Source of the DNA: Pecten maximus
Taxonomy: Eukaryota
Reading direction: 5' to 3'
Assembly: GCF_902652985.1 (NCBI RefSeq)
Contig: NC_047026.1
Coordinates: 2,831,307 to 2,895,306, forward strand
Length of the DNA stretch: 64,000 bases
Each line of letters opens with the position of its first letter. The stretch's first letter is position 1. Below, piece by piece: positions 11,325 to 25,084 of this stretch. A model generated the notes under the pieces. That model did no database searches, was not told the origin of the DNA, and worked only from the letters and a program-made list of their open reading frames with translations. A program made the position numbers and the translations under genes.

Positions 11325-14300
11325 CAGTGTCGGTATCGGTATTTACTATTCTAAATATATATGCGACATTAAAAATACTGTGTTAATGAAAAATGATGAG
11401 TCAAAAAGGACACTTCCTTGTCTGTTATTTTATAAAAGGTAGTCAAAATGCCTCCTGCTGAGATATCGTTGAGCTGTTGGTGACAGGCGCACCTATAATC
11501 GCCTTCTGGGAATTCTCCGCAAAACCGCAGAGGTTATTAGGAACACGTTCTTCCTTTACGAAACTGAAATTAGGAAATGAATTATGCATTGCACACGGCC
11601 CTTAATAGAAAGGCACTCCATTGCAAAAGTACAAGGCGAATACGACCAGGAGCTCTGATAGAGTAGGCGTCGTTTGTTTCACCGACGACACCCGACACAC
11701 CAAATCTAGGTCAAATCGGACAAGTATTCTCTACAACAGAAGATGGGTTAGAAAACACACGCCTACGATCTCCACTAGCTTTCCATCAAGGAAAAGAGGA
11801 GTTATTTCTCAGAGACCAATTAGACGCTCTTTGATATGTTGACATTGCAAAACGTACTATTAAAGAAAATGGAAAAATGTGAATAAGGATATGATGACAT
11901 TATGTTCCAACATAACATTGACTATTTATTTTATCAGTTTAAGGAAACTCTTTCAAGTTAAATGATTTCCTTAAGTTAAGGAACGCTGAAACCTGGACAT
12001 GGGAGCCAACCCAGTCAAGCCAGTCGAGTCACGATAAACGACATTCGCCCTGGCGAAGATCAATGTCACAAAATATGTATGGTTGTTGAGATATTCTAAC
12101 TATCTTTTAAACTTGTCGTTTGTCCACTTCTGTTCGCACTGCCATGGAAATGTGCATTTGTTATTTAATAATTATATAACCTAATTTTCGGAATGTTTTC
12201 CTGTACGACGACTGATAATTTCGAAAGGTTTAATCTTCAGGTAAAAAGGCATATATAAGATATTTTTATATTGTATTTTTTTCCTGATCAAATACATGTA
12301 ATTAGAAACTTCTTACTGATAAATTTCATGAAACACCGATCGCCTCATTTTCGGGTGGTTCAATTATATATTAACAGGACCTGGTAAAATACAACGGAAC
12401 CACTTAAAAGTGTGACGGATGGGAACGCCCTAAACCTCTGATTTCCTTGGAAATACTGCGAGGTCGGCATCCCGAAGAATGTCAACCAATCCCTTACTTG
12501 AGGAAAGACCATTCTGCTTATAAGCTGATGAAAATATTGCGTTCAACTCTGAAGATATTTGTCTAGCAAGCACTTTAGAAATGAAAGAAGCAGATTTTCA
12601 TAGATCCGTTCTTTTTCTCAGAATTGACATTTCTATCAAATAAGTATCAAGATGGCGGCAAACGGTTAATATCGATTGTACATTGGAAGAGTTATGTCAC
12701 GTTTTAGACCTGACACGACAAGTCGCTTAGTTCACAGGCGTCTGCATCTTATTAGTATTTAAAGAAACATTATTAGCCCCTAAAATTTCTTTTTATATAA
12801 ATACTAACCAAATGCACACGCCTGTGCTTAGCTCAGAGCATTCGGATCATCCTCGGATGTACCGTGTATTTTGAAGAAAAAACCCGAGGAGTTCCGGATG
12901 AGCACAGAGGGGCAAACTTACGTCACCGGAAGTGACATCATTCTTTATCAAAACTTATTAACAATATTTGTCCTAATAAATAAGGACAAAGGTATTGCAT
13001 ACTCAAGGAATAGAATTAATGAAATGTGAATTTTGAAGATTTCTATCAATTTTTTTTATTAATTATGAACATTCAATCATTAGAAATATGTCTTTTGTTA
13101 AATATGTAATTTACGACAGTTCATGTAAAACCGAAGGAATATCAGTGTTTTCTTATCAGGAGAGTTCTCTCGACGACACTGAACTATTTTGAACGTATAA
13201 GCACACGACCAAGATAAGCGTACTGGGATAAAATCGTGACCTGGCCGATAATAATTTGTGGTTGAGTGGCACAGTCTGTTTCTATAAGGAATACACTTCA
13301 GTCTCTCCTGGCCGATTTGTTTTTGTATTGCACTTGATTGAACCGTAAAAATGCATCGCTAAACTCTTTTAATTTCCCTTTTAGATATGATTATATGTTT
13401 TCTATCTTTGAATTAACAAGAATATGTTGACAACGCCGGTTATTTTACCAATACTAAACTTGAAATCAAGGACACTGCATAATCTTTTCAATTTATGGCT
13501 TACACAGATCCTTAATATACATGTATTTTGACATTTGATCAGCCCCATTTGGATTTCGAAATTTCGATTATGGCTTTCCACATTATTTTTTTTTAAATTT
13601 AGTAATTACCATTTTTTTTTTTTTATAAAACTTGGTTAACTTATATTGCACCTTCACTTCCATTTAACAAAAACCAATTTCGATTTTCATGACTCCCTTT
13701 CAAATATCATTCAGTACCAAAAGAACGAAACAGCTATACATGATACAGTTTTCTCTTCGTTCGGTAAAATGTTTCAAATTGTTTTATTCTTCTTGAAAAG
13801 AGCGCTCTATATTAAATGCGAGATGGATTTATCAAAACGTTTAATCTTCGATTCCGTCATAAGACGATACTTGATATTTTAACATTCTGAACAGGTTATT
13901 CTGTAAGAACCGTTGATATTTATGCTAATACTGTAGACGTGTACATTTACGCGAGGGGAACTTTACGCTAATTACGCGGGATGCCTTTTGATCGCGAAAA
14001 ATCCCTCACGTGTATTATTTTGATATTAATTTGAGTATACTCGAACTACAAACGAAGTTGGGTCGATCGCAAAAAATTACCCCCACGCGTATAGTTTACG
14101 TATCGAAATCGCGAAATTAACCACCCGCGAAAATAACCACGTTTACAGTAGCAAAGAAACACAAATACTTGCGTTGATCCAAATTACAGACGCATTTATG
14201 TTAAAACAAACACAAAGTTCCCGTCCCCCACGGATGGTTGATACCGTTTATCTTTCACGCTTGACTGAATTTAACGAAACCTAACGGATAACGGGCGTTT

Positions 14301-14957
14301 TGCCATTGGCCAGGTGAGCTGAAAATCGGACAAACTTTTGGGTGTTAGTTGTTGAGATAAAACTCGTACTACTTCTTAGAGGTGTAGCAGCAAATGACCC
14401 GGGTATTTATCAAGGCCACGAGAGCCTGCTCTGACCTCTGACCTAGAGATATGTGACATTGTCACTGATCACTCTATGGGCGAGCCTCTCTCTGACACAG
14501 TTTACTCTGCCTACGTGCCAATATGCACACACGTCATTTGCTGCAGGAGAGCTACGCTCCGTTATAATGCACGTATTTACAACTGGTTTGAGTGTTTGAA
14601 CCCCTTAAATAAAATATTTTAATTTACGATACTCTGTAAAATAAGCCAAACTATCATAACACATGGGTGTTTGTACAAACTGATAAACATTCAAATTTAA
14701 ATTCAAAATTGACAAAATAGGCTTAAATATGAAGGAATATTTCAACTTTTATGCTTCAGTGTAAGGAGAATAAGCCTGGGTTGGCGTCTTAGGATTTATA
14801 GAGTGTAACTCTGGGTCGAATGTTGGGAGTGCAATGTTCTAAAATATGGGAACCGAGGTAGTGACAATGAATACAATAAAAAAATCCTAACGAATAGAAA
14901 TTATCATCACACAAGAAAATACAACAATAACATCGATGCTTGATATAAACTGTAACA

Positions 14958-15620
14958 TCCATTTGTTGTCTAATCGTGGTTGTGGTAGTTTGTGTAAACT
15001 TAAAGCCACCATTTGTTTTCTAATCGTTGGTTGTGTAAACTTAAAGCCTCCATTTGTTTTCTAATCGTTGGTTGAAGTTGTTTGTGTAAACTTAAAGCCA
15101 CCATTTGTTTTCTAATCGTTGGTTGTGTAAACTTAAAGCCTCCATTTGTTGTCTAATCGTTGGTTGTGTAAACTTAAAGCCACCATTTTTTGTCTAATCG
15201 TGGATGAAGTTGTTTGTGTCAACTTAAAGCCACCATTTGTTGTCTTATCGTGGTTGAAGCTGTTTGTGTAAACTTAAAGCCTCCATTTGTTGTCTTATCG
15301 TGGTTGAAGCTGTTTGTGTAAACTTAAAGCTACCATTTGTTGTCTTATCGTGGTTGAAGCTGTTTGTGTAAACTTAAAGCTACCATTTGTTGTCTTATCG
15401 TGGTTGAAGCTGTTTGTGTAAACTTAAAGCCTCAATGCGTTGTCTAATCGTGGCTGTGGTTGTTTTTGTAAAGTTAAAAACTCCATCTGTTGTCTAATCG
15501 TTGTTTTAGTAGTTTGTGTAAACTTAACGCCTCCATTTGTTGTCTAGTCGTGGTTGTAGCTGTTTGTGTAAACTTAAAGCCTCCATTTGTTGTCTAGTCG
15601 TGGTTGTAGCTGTTTGTGTA
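14958..15620. repeat. Minisatellite, ~45-60-bp unit, ~12 copies ('aaacttaaagccaccatttgttgtctaatcgtggttgaagctgtttgtgta')
   Basis: Direct reading. The ORFs over this region are repeat translations. Confidence 0.9.
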
Positions 15621-15995
15621 AACTTAAAGCCTCCAAGCGACATTGTACAATGGATTCCAATGTCATGTCAGTATCAGATGACATTGTACAATGGATTCCA
15701 ATGTCAAGTTTGTGTCAGTATCAGGAAGGAGAGACATTGTACAATGGATTCCAATGTCATGTCAGTATCAGGATAGAGACATTGTACAATGGATTCCAAT
15801 GTCAAGTTTGTGTCAGTATAGAGACATTGTACAATGGATTCCAATGTCATGTCAGTATCAGGATAGAGACATTGTACAATGGATTCCAATGTCATGTCAG
15901 TATCAGGATAGAGACATTGTACAATGGATTCCAATGTCAAGTTTGTGTCAGTATCAGGAAGGGGAGACATTGTACAATGGATTCCAAAGTAAATA
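15621..15995. repeat. Second, distinct minisatellite, ~47-60-bp unit ('gagacattgtacaatggattccaatgtcatgtcagtatcagga')
   Basis: Direct reading. ORFs 15587-16135, 15691-16002 and 15704-15970 are periodic repeat translations. Confidence 0.9.
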
Positions 15996-16235
15996 TCGGT
16001 AATCGATTTCTTTCCTGGTATAAATTCAAATGTATTCCTCTTTTTCCATCACTTTTTGAAGTAAATGTTTTCATTTTTGCAAGCCTTGGCAAGCAAAACT
16101 TCAAAAATTTTGAGAAGAGTTTCATAAAATTGTAATGAAATGTTAGATACTTTCATCACATAACCAATGCAAGACAGCTTACATTTTGACCGATTTTAAA
16201 GTCAAAATGTGGACGGCAAAATCTCAAGTATGCAC

Positions 16236-16425
16236 TAATTTTGTTGTGATATGTTGTGACATCATAGTCCATATTGTGATGTCACACATGACATCATAGT
16301 CTATATTGTGATGTTGCATGTGACATCATTGTCCATATTGTGACATCATTGTCCATATTGTGACATCATAGTCCATATTGTGATGTCACTTGTGACATCA
16401 TCCTCCATATTGTGATGTCACAATC
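16236..16425. repeat. Third adjacent minisatellite, ~22-30-bp unit ('gtgacatcatWgtccatattgtgat'), ~7 copies
   Basis: Direct reading. Confidence 0.85.
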
Positions 16426-16711
16426 AATTTCTGACTAGCACAACCAATGGAAAATGTCCCAGGGTATATCACAAGAGACATATGCAAAAATATTACAAAT
16501 TCACTGGATCACAGGCCAATTATGTGATGAAAATTAACAAGTCCTATTTTTTGAACTGCTGGCTGTAGGTAATAAAATCGAGCCACCTCTACACAGCTGA
16601 GCCTTGTTAATCAAGGCAACTATACTAATCAGGTTGTCCAGTCTGTACTTTTGTAGTTATAATTAAATTTTCTTGTCCAAAAATGTTCAAACATTAGAGC
16701 TTTCTTCATCA

Positions 16712-16904
16712 CTTTTGGTTTGTTTGTTTGTTTTGTTTAACGTCCTATTAACAGCCAGGGTCATTTAAGGACGTGCCAGGTTTTGGAGGTGGAGGAAAGC
16801 CACTGGCGTACGGTCAGTACCTGGCAACTGCCCCACGTAGGTTTTGAACTCGCAACCCAGTGGTGGAGGGCTAGTGTTAAAGTGTCGGTACACCTTACCA
16901 TCAC
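16712..16904 (-). mobile_element. tRNA-derived SINE copy (5'-truncated or diverged head) with a (CAAA)n tail
   Basis: Shares ~170 bp with the SINE at 35260-35477: 'cgtccWattaacagccagggtSatttaaggacgtgccaggtttggaggtggaggaaag...cggtcagtacctggcaactgccccaYgtaggtttYgaactcgcaacccag'. The B-box-like 'gggttgcgagttcRaaacctac' lies on the minus strand. The tail is '(caaa)n' in minus-strand reading. Confidence 0.6.
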
Positions 16905-18371
16905 AAATATAGATAGACTCTTCAGTAGTCATAACAAGGATAATCTGATTACAGGCTCAGATGTATGCATAAATCTCTAAATAAACAAAATTCTGAGATT
17001 TTTTTTCTGTTTTCAAACATTTTATTTTCATTCATATTCAGTTGCTGTTGGTCATCATCTTGTCATCGTCACACACTGTATACAGGACCCTAGGTAAAAT
17101 AGCCTCCCTTATTTATAGCTGAACTGCAACTTAAAGGAATGCTTTAATATTTAATCTGTTTTACGATAAAACAAAGGCCATCACTTTCAGTAGCTTTACC
17201 GGCAGAAATCTACAGTGTTCATATAGGAGTGTATTGTGAGGCAAAATTGAGGACTTGTATATTATACATCTGTCCTTCAACAACATCAATACTCTCCAAC
17301 ATCTACTGTCTATGAAAAATAGCATTCGGGCGACTCCTCAACAACTAGTAAGTCTTCTAACAATGTCATGGCTTTCATATGATTTCATTCTGATTCTTTC
17401 TAATGCAACTAAAATGCCTGATGCAAAATTTCTGCTAAAATACACATAAAAAATAAAAGTAACAAAAATATGTTTTAAATAATTACTTGTCCATGGCCAA
17501 CTACTAGTAAAATGCGAGTTACAAGCACAAGTTCGTAGTATTGAGCAAATTAAAAGATGTCAACTAATTTCTTTATATGTACTATTGTATTATTGTTAGC
17601 AAGTTTCATGAATTCATTACGGCCGAGAGGATTTTTTTTACCCACGTATACGCATGACAATTAATATTCATTAACCTGGCTTCTTTGAATGAAATCTGGG
17701 ATCTAAACCAAGATTGGCCAAATTTGTGTATTGCTGTTAAAAAAATTCCTATTAGAATTTGCATTAAATTTAAAAACATTTAAAGTTCTGAAAATCTTAA
17801 TATATAAGTAATTGAACTAAATCTTGAATAATCTGGCCAGAATGCTTTACATATTGAATCATTATGTATGATCCTTACAGATCTAGATGAAGTAATTATA
17901 ATGCATTAAGAAAAAGAAAAACCCGAAAAGACATCTTAAGTTTTTTCCTCGCATCTTGCAATTCTTCAGACTGCTTATTCAAAGGAAATGTACTGTGACA
18001 TCATAGGTTATGACATCACTTCGATAGCGATGATTATAAACATTTCCTTCACCAATGTCACAACAAATAAATGAAATAATGTTATAAGATTAAGAAAAAT
18101 ATCATTATGTGCTAAAAACAAACAACTAGTGGATTTTTGTTGTTGTTGTTGTTTGCTTTTTCCACACAATGCTCTTTGTATCAACCTATTGATGTTACTA
18201 TTATTTATCAGTTTGACATTGATGAATCAAATGTTTATTACCATTGCTATGAAAATGATGCCAAAACATACAGTGTCACAATACATTTCCTTAATATTTA
18301 CATTTGCTCCGTATTTCCCCATTGACACAATGCTAAGAGGCAGTTGTCACCATACGCCTATAACACCCAGT

Positions 18372-18498
18372 GTTGAACAGTGGTTTTAACGCTGTTATAG
18401 TCGATATGGCAGCAAGATGTATGGTGGGCAAATGTAGCATGGGAACCCTAACGGGTTGCTGCCATATCGACAATAACAACATTAAAACCGCTGTTCAT
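18372..18498. repeat. Palindrome (~43-bp arms, ~85% complementary, ~45-bp loop). Possible MITE-like element.
   Basis: 'gttgaacagtggttttaacgctgttatagtcgatatggcagcaa' pairs with 'ttgctgccatatcgacaataacaacattaaaaccgctgttcat'. Confidence 0.65.
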
Positions 18499-20894
18499 TG
18501 CTTGATTAAACAGTCTAAGGAATTGCAAGATGCAACAAAGGAACTGTTGTCAAATTTTTTTGTTTCCTTCATGTATAACTTCATCTGTTGGAAGTGTCAA
18601 CTCTAGATCTGCTAACAATAAATAGTGTATAAATGATGGTCTAATCCCATTTTCATGATGATAATGGAGAGAAATTTTCTAAAATTTGTCTTAATATCAA
18701 ATATTCATGATTTTAACTATATTTGACAAAATATCACACACATGGTCATAATAATTGACCACACAATGAATTCTGAATATTGAAATGACTCAATCACATT
18801 AATATTTAATATCCATTTAGGTTTCTTTCAGGAGAGAGTATATTTAGGATTCAAATATATTTTGCTTTAAAATGAACAATTCAATAAAGCTACTTTTTTA
18901 TATATAAATGAGACATCAGCGTTTAATATCCAATATATTCAAAACATAAAATCTGCTAATCAACTAGTTTAAATTTGTATAAATACATGTATATATATAT
19001 TCAATGTTCACGAACTTCCACTATCATGATCACGATATGAATATATTTTGTCCACAATATGTTGGAAACAAATGGAATTGGTTCTTCATTCGAAAATTTA
19101 AACATTTCCTTTCTGCTACAACATACTAAGTATTCCACAGCCGAGAGGCTGGTGGTTTCGTTTCTAATATTCTACATGTGTTCATGTAGCATAAATATAC
19201 ATATATATGTATATATCTGATTTTTATATTTGCTTCTGTTTCTCTATAAAAGAATATTCATTTTAATTTGTAGAATAGAACAATTTTATTTTTGCTCTTA
19301 ATTACATTGTCCATGTTGCATGCAACTTAAAAAAAAAAAGAAAAAAAATTGATGAGATGAACATTTTTGTATGATATAATTTCATCGGAAAGCTATAAAT
19401 AGCCACTTGTTCTTTCTCCAAATAATTAAAAACTTTGATATAAAGACACGAATAAAGAGAGCTGGAACAGAACTAAATTTGATGACAAAAACAAAGTGAA
19501 GACAACATTTGTAGTGAACCAATACACACTCCCTACTTCACTTCTACTAACAACCATTGCGACAACTTAGAAAAGGACAAAAAAAAAAAAAAAAAAAAAA
19601 TATTGATACATACTATAACGATTTTCATCGGTGACCACATATCGTGTGCAACTCCAAGACTAGATTTTGTAAATAAGACATGTTTGGCCTGAATTGCTAA
19701 TTAAGCCGTAAATTAACGATACCAATTAAAAATCACAATACATTATTACTGACTATTCACTATCACACTCCGGTCTTTCACGTTTTCATCGACTCAAACA
19801 TACTTCCTTCTGGTGGAAATTACACATAACCTGGTGTAGCAGAGCTTGCATTCGCCTCTCGCATCCTGAATGTAAATATATAACATATATCAGGTATATG
19901 TCTTTGTCTTTATGACTATGCTAATTGCTTGACGCATTACTGAGTGACCTGGACCACGACCCCAGTGTGGGACCTACATGTGATTACAAAGTAAAAGTCA
20001 TATATATCAATATCTATATATTAATCCATTTTACAAAATTCCTTGCACAACTTATACAGAGCATACACGCGTAGAATTTGCACATCCGAAACTTCTTCAT
20101 TCGATTCATCGATATAAAATCACGCCGGCACACGACACATTTTCTCATCTACTTTCTCTTTTTCGGATGATTTATACAACGATTATCCACTTTATGATAC
20201 ATTAAAGATAAAACACACAGTCCTCAGTTTCCAACTTTGAGCTGAACACATATGTAACCTTTTAACAAGCACCCTATTCTATGTGTGACAGGTAACAAGA
20301 ATATGCATATGATCTCCTGCATACAAAATTCACATTGGGACCGATACGCTGGTCTAGTTTTCCGCTCGGGAATAAACAGCAATGTTCACACATTCATGTA
20401 GTTCAATACATTTTTGCATTTTTTTTCTCTGAAGAAACTGTCATTTCAGTTAGCATATATAGCACTTCCAAATTTAAATATACAATTTCTCATATACCCA
20501 ACGTCACTCGAATGCCTCCATTTGCACCAAAGACAAAGGCTAACGGTCATTCTGGTAGTTGTAAGTTTGCACAGAAAAACGACATCACAAGGGTGATTGT
20601 CACTTAATGTTGAAAAAGTTTAACATGTTTGTGGTATAAATTGCATTATCATCAATCTCCAACAGCACAAAAGAATGAAGACTGTTCTCCAACTTCCTCG
20701 GAAATTGTCGGTCATGAAAATTTGGACAGTGTGCACAAAGCGACAGTCTTTCTGTACTGAAGATTCCTTGCATTGTAGCTGTCGGTTGCATGTACACATT
20801 GGCCCATTAGCCTGTGATGAATCATTCATGACTATGGTTTTCTGTATTGGACAGGTCCCTGGGATCCAAGGTGCAATAATCCCTTTTAGGGGCC

Positions 20895-21050
<156 letters not shown>

Positions 21051-21619
21051 TTAAAATGCTGTGTGTGGAATCAACAAGGAGAGATCAATATCGGATGAAC
21101 ATTAGCAAAACTTTTCAGTTTTTTAGTTAAAATCATCTAAAATCATCAACTCTTGCCTGCTGCATAATGCAAACTATTATCCCTATACAAATCCATTATG
21201 CAATATGGCAGAATTCACTATTTCAAATTTTCCAATTACGATCCTTATTTCCATGCAACAACACAATTGATTCTTTCATTTTTAGACTGTCTGTGAAAGC
21301 TGCAGCTTCTAGCTAATGTCAAACTGGCGAAGTGGCTGGAATATTCCCTGTCAACATGTGGTGACTAAAATTGCTTCACAATTGTAAAATGGCAATAAAC
21401 TTTGATACATATTGTGACAGCCATCTTTGTTACTACTGGAAACAAGCCAGAGGAATTGTTGGTAACAATGAAATACAAAAGGTATTCTTGATACCAAGTA
21501 TGGCGGTATATATCTTCCAATTCAGTAGGCAGATTCTGAATGTAAGAATGACAATGGCAGCATTTTCCACATGCCAGACTCCGAAGAGCTCAGGGAGGTT
21601 CTAAACTCCAGGGCAAGTT

Positions 21620-21710
21620 TTAACCCTTTCACCCCTACTAACCATATTGGACTTCAAATGATGAATGTATGGCAGAGTCCACTTAGGTTTCTTAGGGTTG
21701 AAAGGGTTAA
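21620..21710 (+). mobile_element. piggyBac-like MITE (83-bp body, 21624-21706) flanked by TTAA on both sides. It lies in PAO intron 4.
   Basis: 'TTAAccctttcacccctactaacc...cttagggttgaaagggTTAA'. The TIRs 'ccctttca'/'tgaaaggg' resemble the CCC...GGG ends and TTAA target of piggyBac. A second copy is at 4803-4894. Confidence 0.65.
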
Positions 21711-21741
21711 GTCCCCAAATACCTGTATGTTACAAGACTTA

Positions 21742-21859
21742 CCTTATCTGAAGCTGATCCGTACACAGGCTCAGCCAGGACCTCTGTGTCACTCATACTG
21801 GCTCCCACTTGGATAAAACTGTAGGATCCTCTTGTGTAACGGTTATTTCCCCATCTGGT
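21742..21859 (-). CDS. Polyamine oxidase, exon 4
   Basis: Translation '(R)TRWGNNRYTRGSYSFIQVGASMSDTEVLAEPVYGSASDK' aligns to human PAOX '[40 protein letters not shown]'. The acceptor is 'tttttttttttcag|aacc' and the donor is 'gataag|gtaagt'. Reading phase is compatible with exons 3 and 5. Confidence 0.85.
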
Positions 21860-21902
21860 TCTGAAAAAAAAAAAATCAGTACATGACTCTCTCTTCAACA
21901 TT

Positions 21903-22100
21903 TTAACAATGACAGGATAATTTCTTAAGAGATTTCATACTTAAGAAATCTTGGTTCTCTCTTCATGATTAATATCTTAACAATAACAGGATAATTTCTT
22001 AATAGATTTCATACTTAAGAAATCTTGGTTTTCTCTTCATGATTCTTAACAATAACAGGATAATTTCTTAAGAGATTTCATATGTAAGAAATCTTGGTAA
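21903..22100. repeat. Tandem repeat, ~62-bp unit x3 ('taacaataacaggataatttcttaagagatttcatacttaagaaatcttggtt')
   Basis: Direct reading. Confidence 0.85.
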
Positions 22101-23814
22101 AAAGTGTTCTACACCACAATTTGTCATTTTTGGCAAGTTAAAATTAAAATGTGTAAGTACTGACATGGCCAGGTTTATTTGTCAATTCATAACCCTGTAA
22201 TTATAAGTGTCAACTGACTGACATTTCATTATAGGTGACTTGCAGTATTTCTGCACAATCTGCATATTACTTCACACAAGATTCTTTAACCTTGTCTGAA
22301 TTCTCAAGTGAAAAAAGTTTAAGTTTTGACATGCAGCTTTGCATGTGAAATGACAATGTCTTAATTAAGGATTAATCATGGTTAAGTTGTTTATTTAAAT
22401 ATTTCAATAATGAAATTTCAATTCATTAACCAGAATATACCAGTCAAACCCAACCATGATGCAGTATTTTTTTCATTTCATCCAATCAGAGTTCAAAAAG
22501 TTATATGTGGAGATTTTTCACAAGCTCAGCAAGTTTGAAGAGTAATTAATCATTTTTCATTTTTTTACAACTCCTCAGAAGCGTCTGATCTTCAATAAAT
22601 CTGCCATACCTCATTAGAACAAAAGCATTCTAAATTTGCTTGCACTAAATCAATAAATCTTTACCATGGCACTGGCCTCTCTACATGTACAAAGTATCGG
22701 TGATCTTGGGTATTTATAGGCCCATGTCTGTCAACAGAGTTATTGACCCACACAATGATATATTCCTAGTGGCAATATATGTAAATCAAATTTTTTATAT
22801 ATATTCTAAATGTTCTGTGCATGGGAATCTAGCTTTGTTAGCTAAACAGACAGCCTTAAACACTGGTCAGGTATGACTCTGGGTTCAGCCCGCTATAAAC
22901 CTGGTCCAGTTATTCTTGACACCTTTACGGCCAGAGCTCATATATATATATATATAGTACAAATGTAAAGTACTATAGCTAGGTATAAGTGTTATCGAGG
23001 ACCTGCGGTTAGTTGTTTAGAAAAGAACAAAAGCAATATTTCTCTTGACATTTTCACAATAGTTTTGATGAGTTTTCTGACAATTCTATCTTAACTTCAC
23101 AATTCAGAATTTTGTGAAAGACAAACATATGTACATGTCCTTCACAAAATACCTGAAGATGGAAAGAGCATATCTGTGAACCAAATTTAGTATAAAACCC
23201 AAGATTCTTTGAAATTTCAGAAAGGGGTTATTTGTGGACAGGGGCTTAATCGGGATGAATACGGTATTTTCAAATCTACAAAAACAAAAAGACAATTTAC
23301 ACATGATGCCCTGAACAAAATGAAACACAACCAGCTCTAATCTACTCTATATAAACCTTACTAATGGTAATTAAAATTGTAGGTAGTATATCAATCAGTA
23401 GCATGACAATGCCACTGAACAACAAGTTACAACCCAGACCTTCATCTTCATCTATTGAGAAAGATACGCTTGCTGGGAGTTGTTGCCAACAATGATGACA
23501 AGTACAGAGGGAGATAGGTGTAGGTGTGAAGTCTAACATTAATTTCTCTTGGCAACTATGACTGAATGCTTGAAGGTCAAATAGATGTCTCTAAACTCTA
23601 TATCCAGCAAATATAGCCAGGATCAGCAGATCTAGATGGCCTACAGGTAACAGAGATCTATAGCTGTCGGAGAGTTCACATGTACTGTGCATATAGACAT
23701 CAGCAGCAGGTTTTACTTAGTCTGCAGAAGCTAGTATAGCTATATAGCAACCTACACACAAATTCCACCCACAGACATCTTTTCTCACCCTCAATTACGG
23801 AACTTTAGTACTCC

Positions 23815-24625
23815 TGGACTAAATCTATTGACAAGTCACTCTAGGACTAAATCTATTGACAAGTCACTCTGTGACTAAATCTATTGACAAGTCACTCTGT
23901 GACTAAATCTATTGACACATCCCTCTGGGACTAAATCCATTGACAAGTCACTCTGGGACTAAATCTATCAATTGACAAGTCACCCTGGGACTAAATCTAT
24001 CAATTGACAAGTCACTCTGGGACTAAATCTATTGACAAGTCACTCTGAGACTAAATATATTGACAAGTCACTCTAGGACTAAATCTATTGACAAGTCACC
24101 CTGGGACTAAATTTAAATCTATTGACAAGTCACTCTAGGACTAAATCTATTGACAAGTCACCCTGGGACTAAATCTATTGACAAGTCACTCTAGGACTAA
24201 ATCTATTGACAAGTCACCCTGGGACTAAATCTATTGACAAGTCACTCTGGGACTAAATCTATTGACAAGTCACTCTGGGACTAAATCTATTGACAAGTCA
24301 CTCTGGGACTAAATCTATTGACAAGTCACCCTGGGACTAAATCTATTGACAAGTCACCCTGGGACTAAATCTATCAATTGACAAGTCACTCTAGGACTAA
24401 ATCTATTGACACATCCCTCTGGGACTAAATCTATTAAAAAGTCACCCTGGGACTAAATCTATCAATTGACAAGTCACTCTAGGACTAAATCTATTGACAC
24501 ATCACCCTGGGACTAAATATATTGACACATCACCCTGGGACTAAATCTATTGACAAGTCACTCTGTGACTAAATCTATTGACAAGTCACTCTGGGACTAA
24601 ATCTATTAATTGACAAGTCACTCTT
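23815..24625. repeat. Minisatellite, ~28-30-bp unit ('gactaaatctattgacaagtcactctgg'), ~28 copies. It lies in PAO intron 3.
   Basis: Direct reading. Confidence 0.95.
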
Positions 24626-25084
24626 ATCTATATATATATATTGAGTCCTTCTCGACTTATTTTAGAACTTCAGTAATGAGAGACTAAAACTATCAAAACA
24701 GAGCACAGTTAGTGTTTCAGCCATGCCACTGCTCACATTAGAATTACGACTGCAGGTAGACAACAGATGTTTCAGTTTATTACAACATCGTACTTACAAC
24801 AAAACGCTGGAAATCATATGATCCTGTACGCGTTCCACATCACTGATTCGGGTCTAAAGTCTACCACGTTACCCCGTATCATAATACAGGAATTCACATA
24901 GAATTATATAATACACAATCTCAAATATTATTTTTTTAATTACTCATTTTGCTCAGTTTTTCTTTGAAGCATGTACAACAACTATGTTCACATACAGGTT
25001 GTAGATATTCTAATAGCTATAGGTGTCTTTAAAAGTCAGATGAAATTATGTGAAGCTCTGCGATTTTGCTCTGTATATGCATGT

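Noticed and set aside
15537-16135. Long ORFs (182 aa, 103 aa, 88 aa) at 15.5-16.1 kb, ORFs 24971-25518, and ORF 52915-53286
   Set aside because: The translations are strictly periodic ('ETLYNGFQC...', 'DLQFCSVFHI...', 'CRRDLDLYGR...') because they read through minisatellites. They are not genes.
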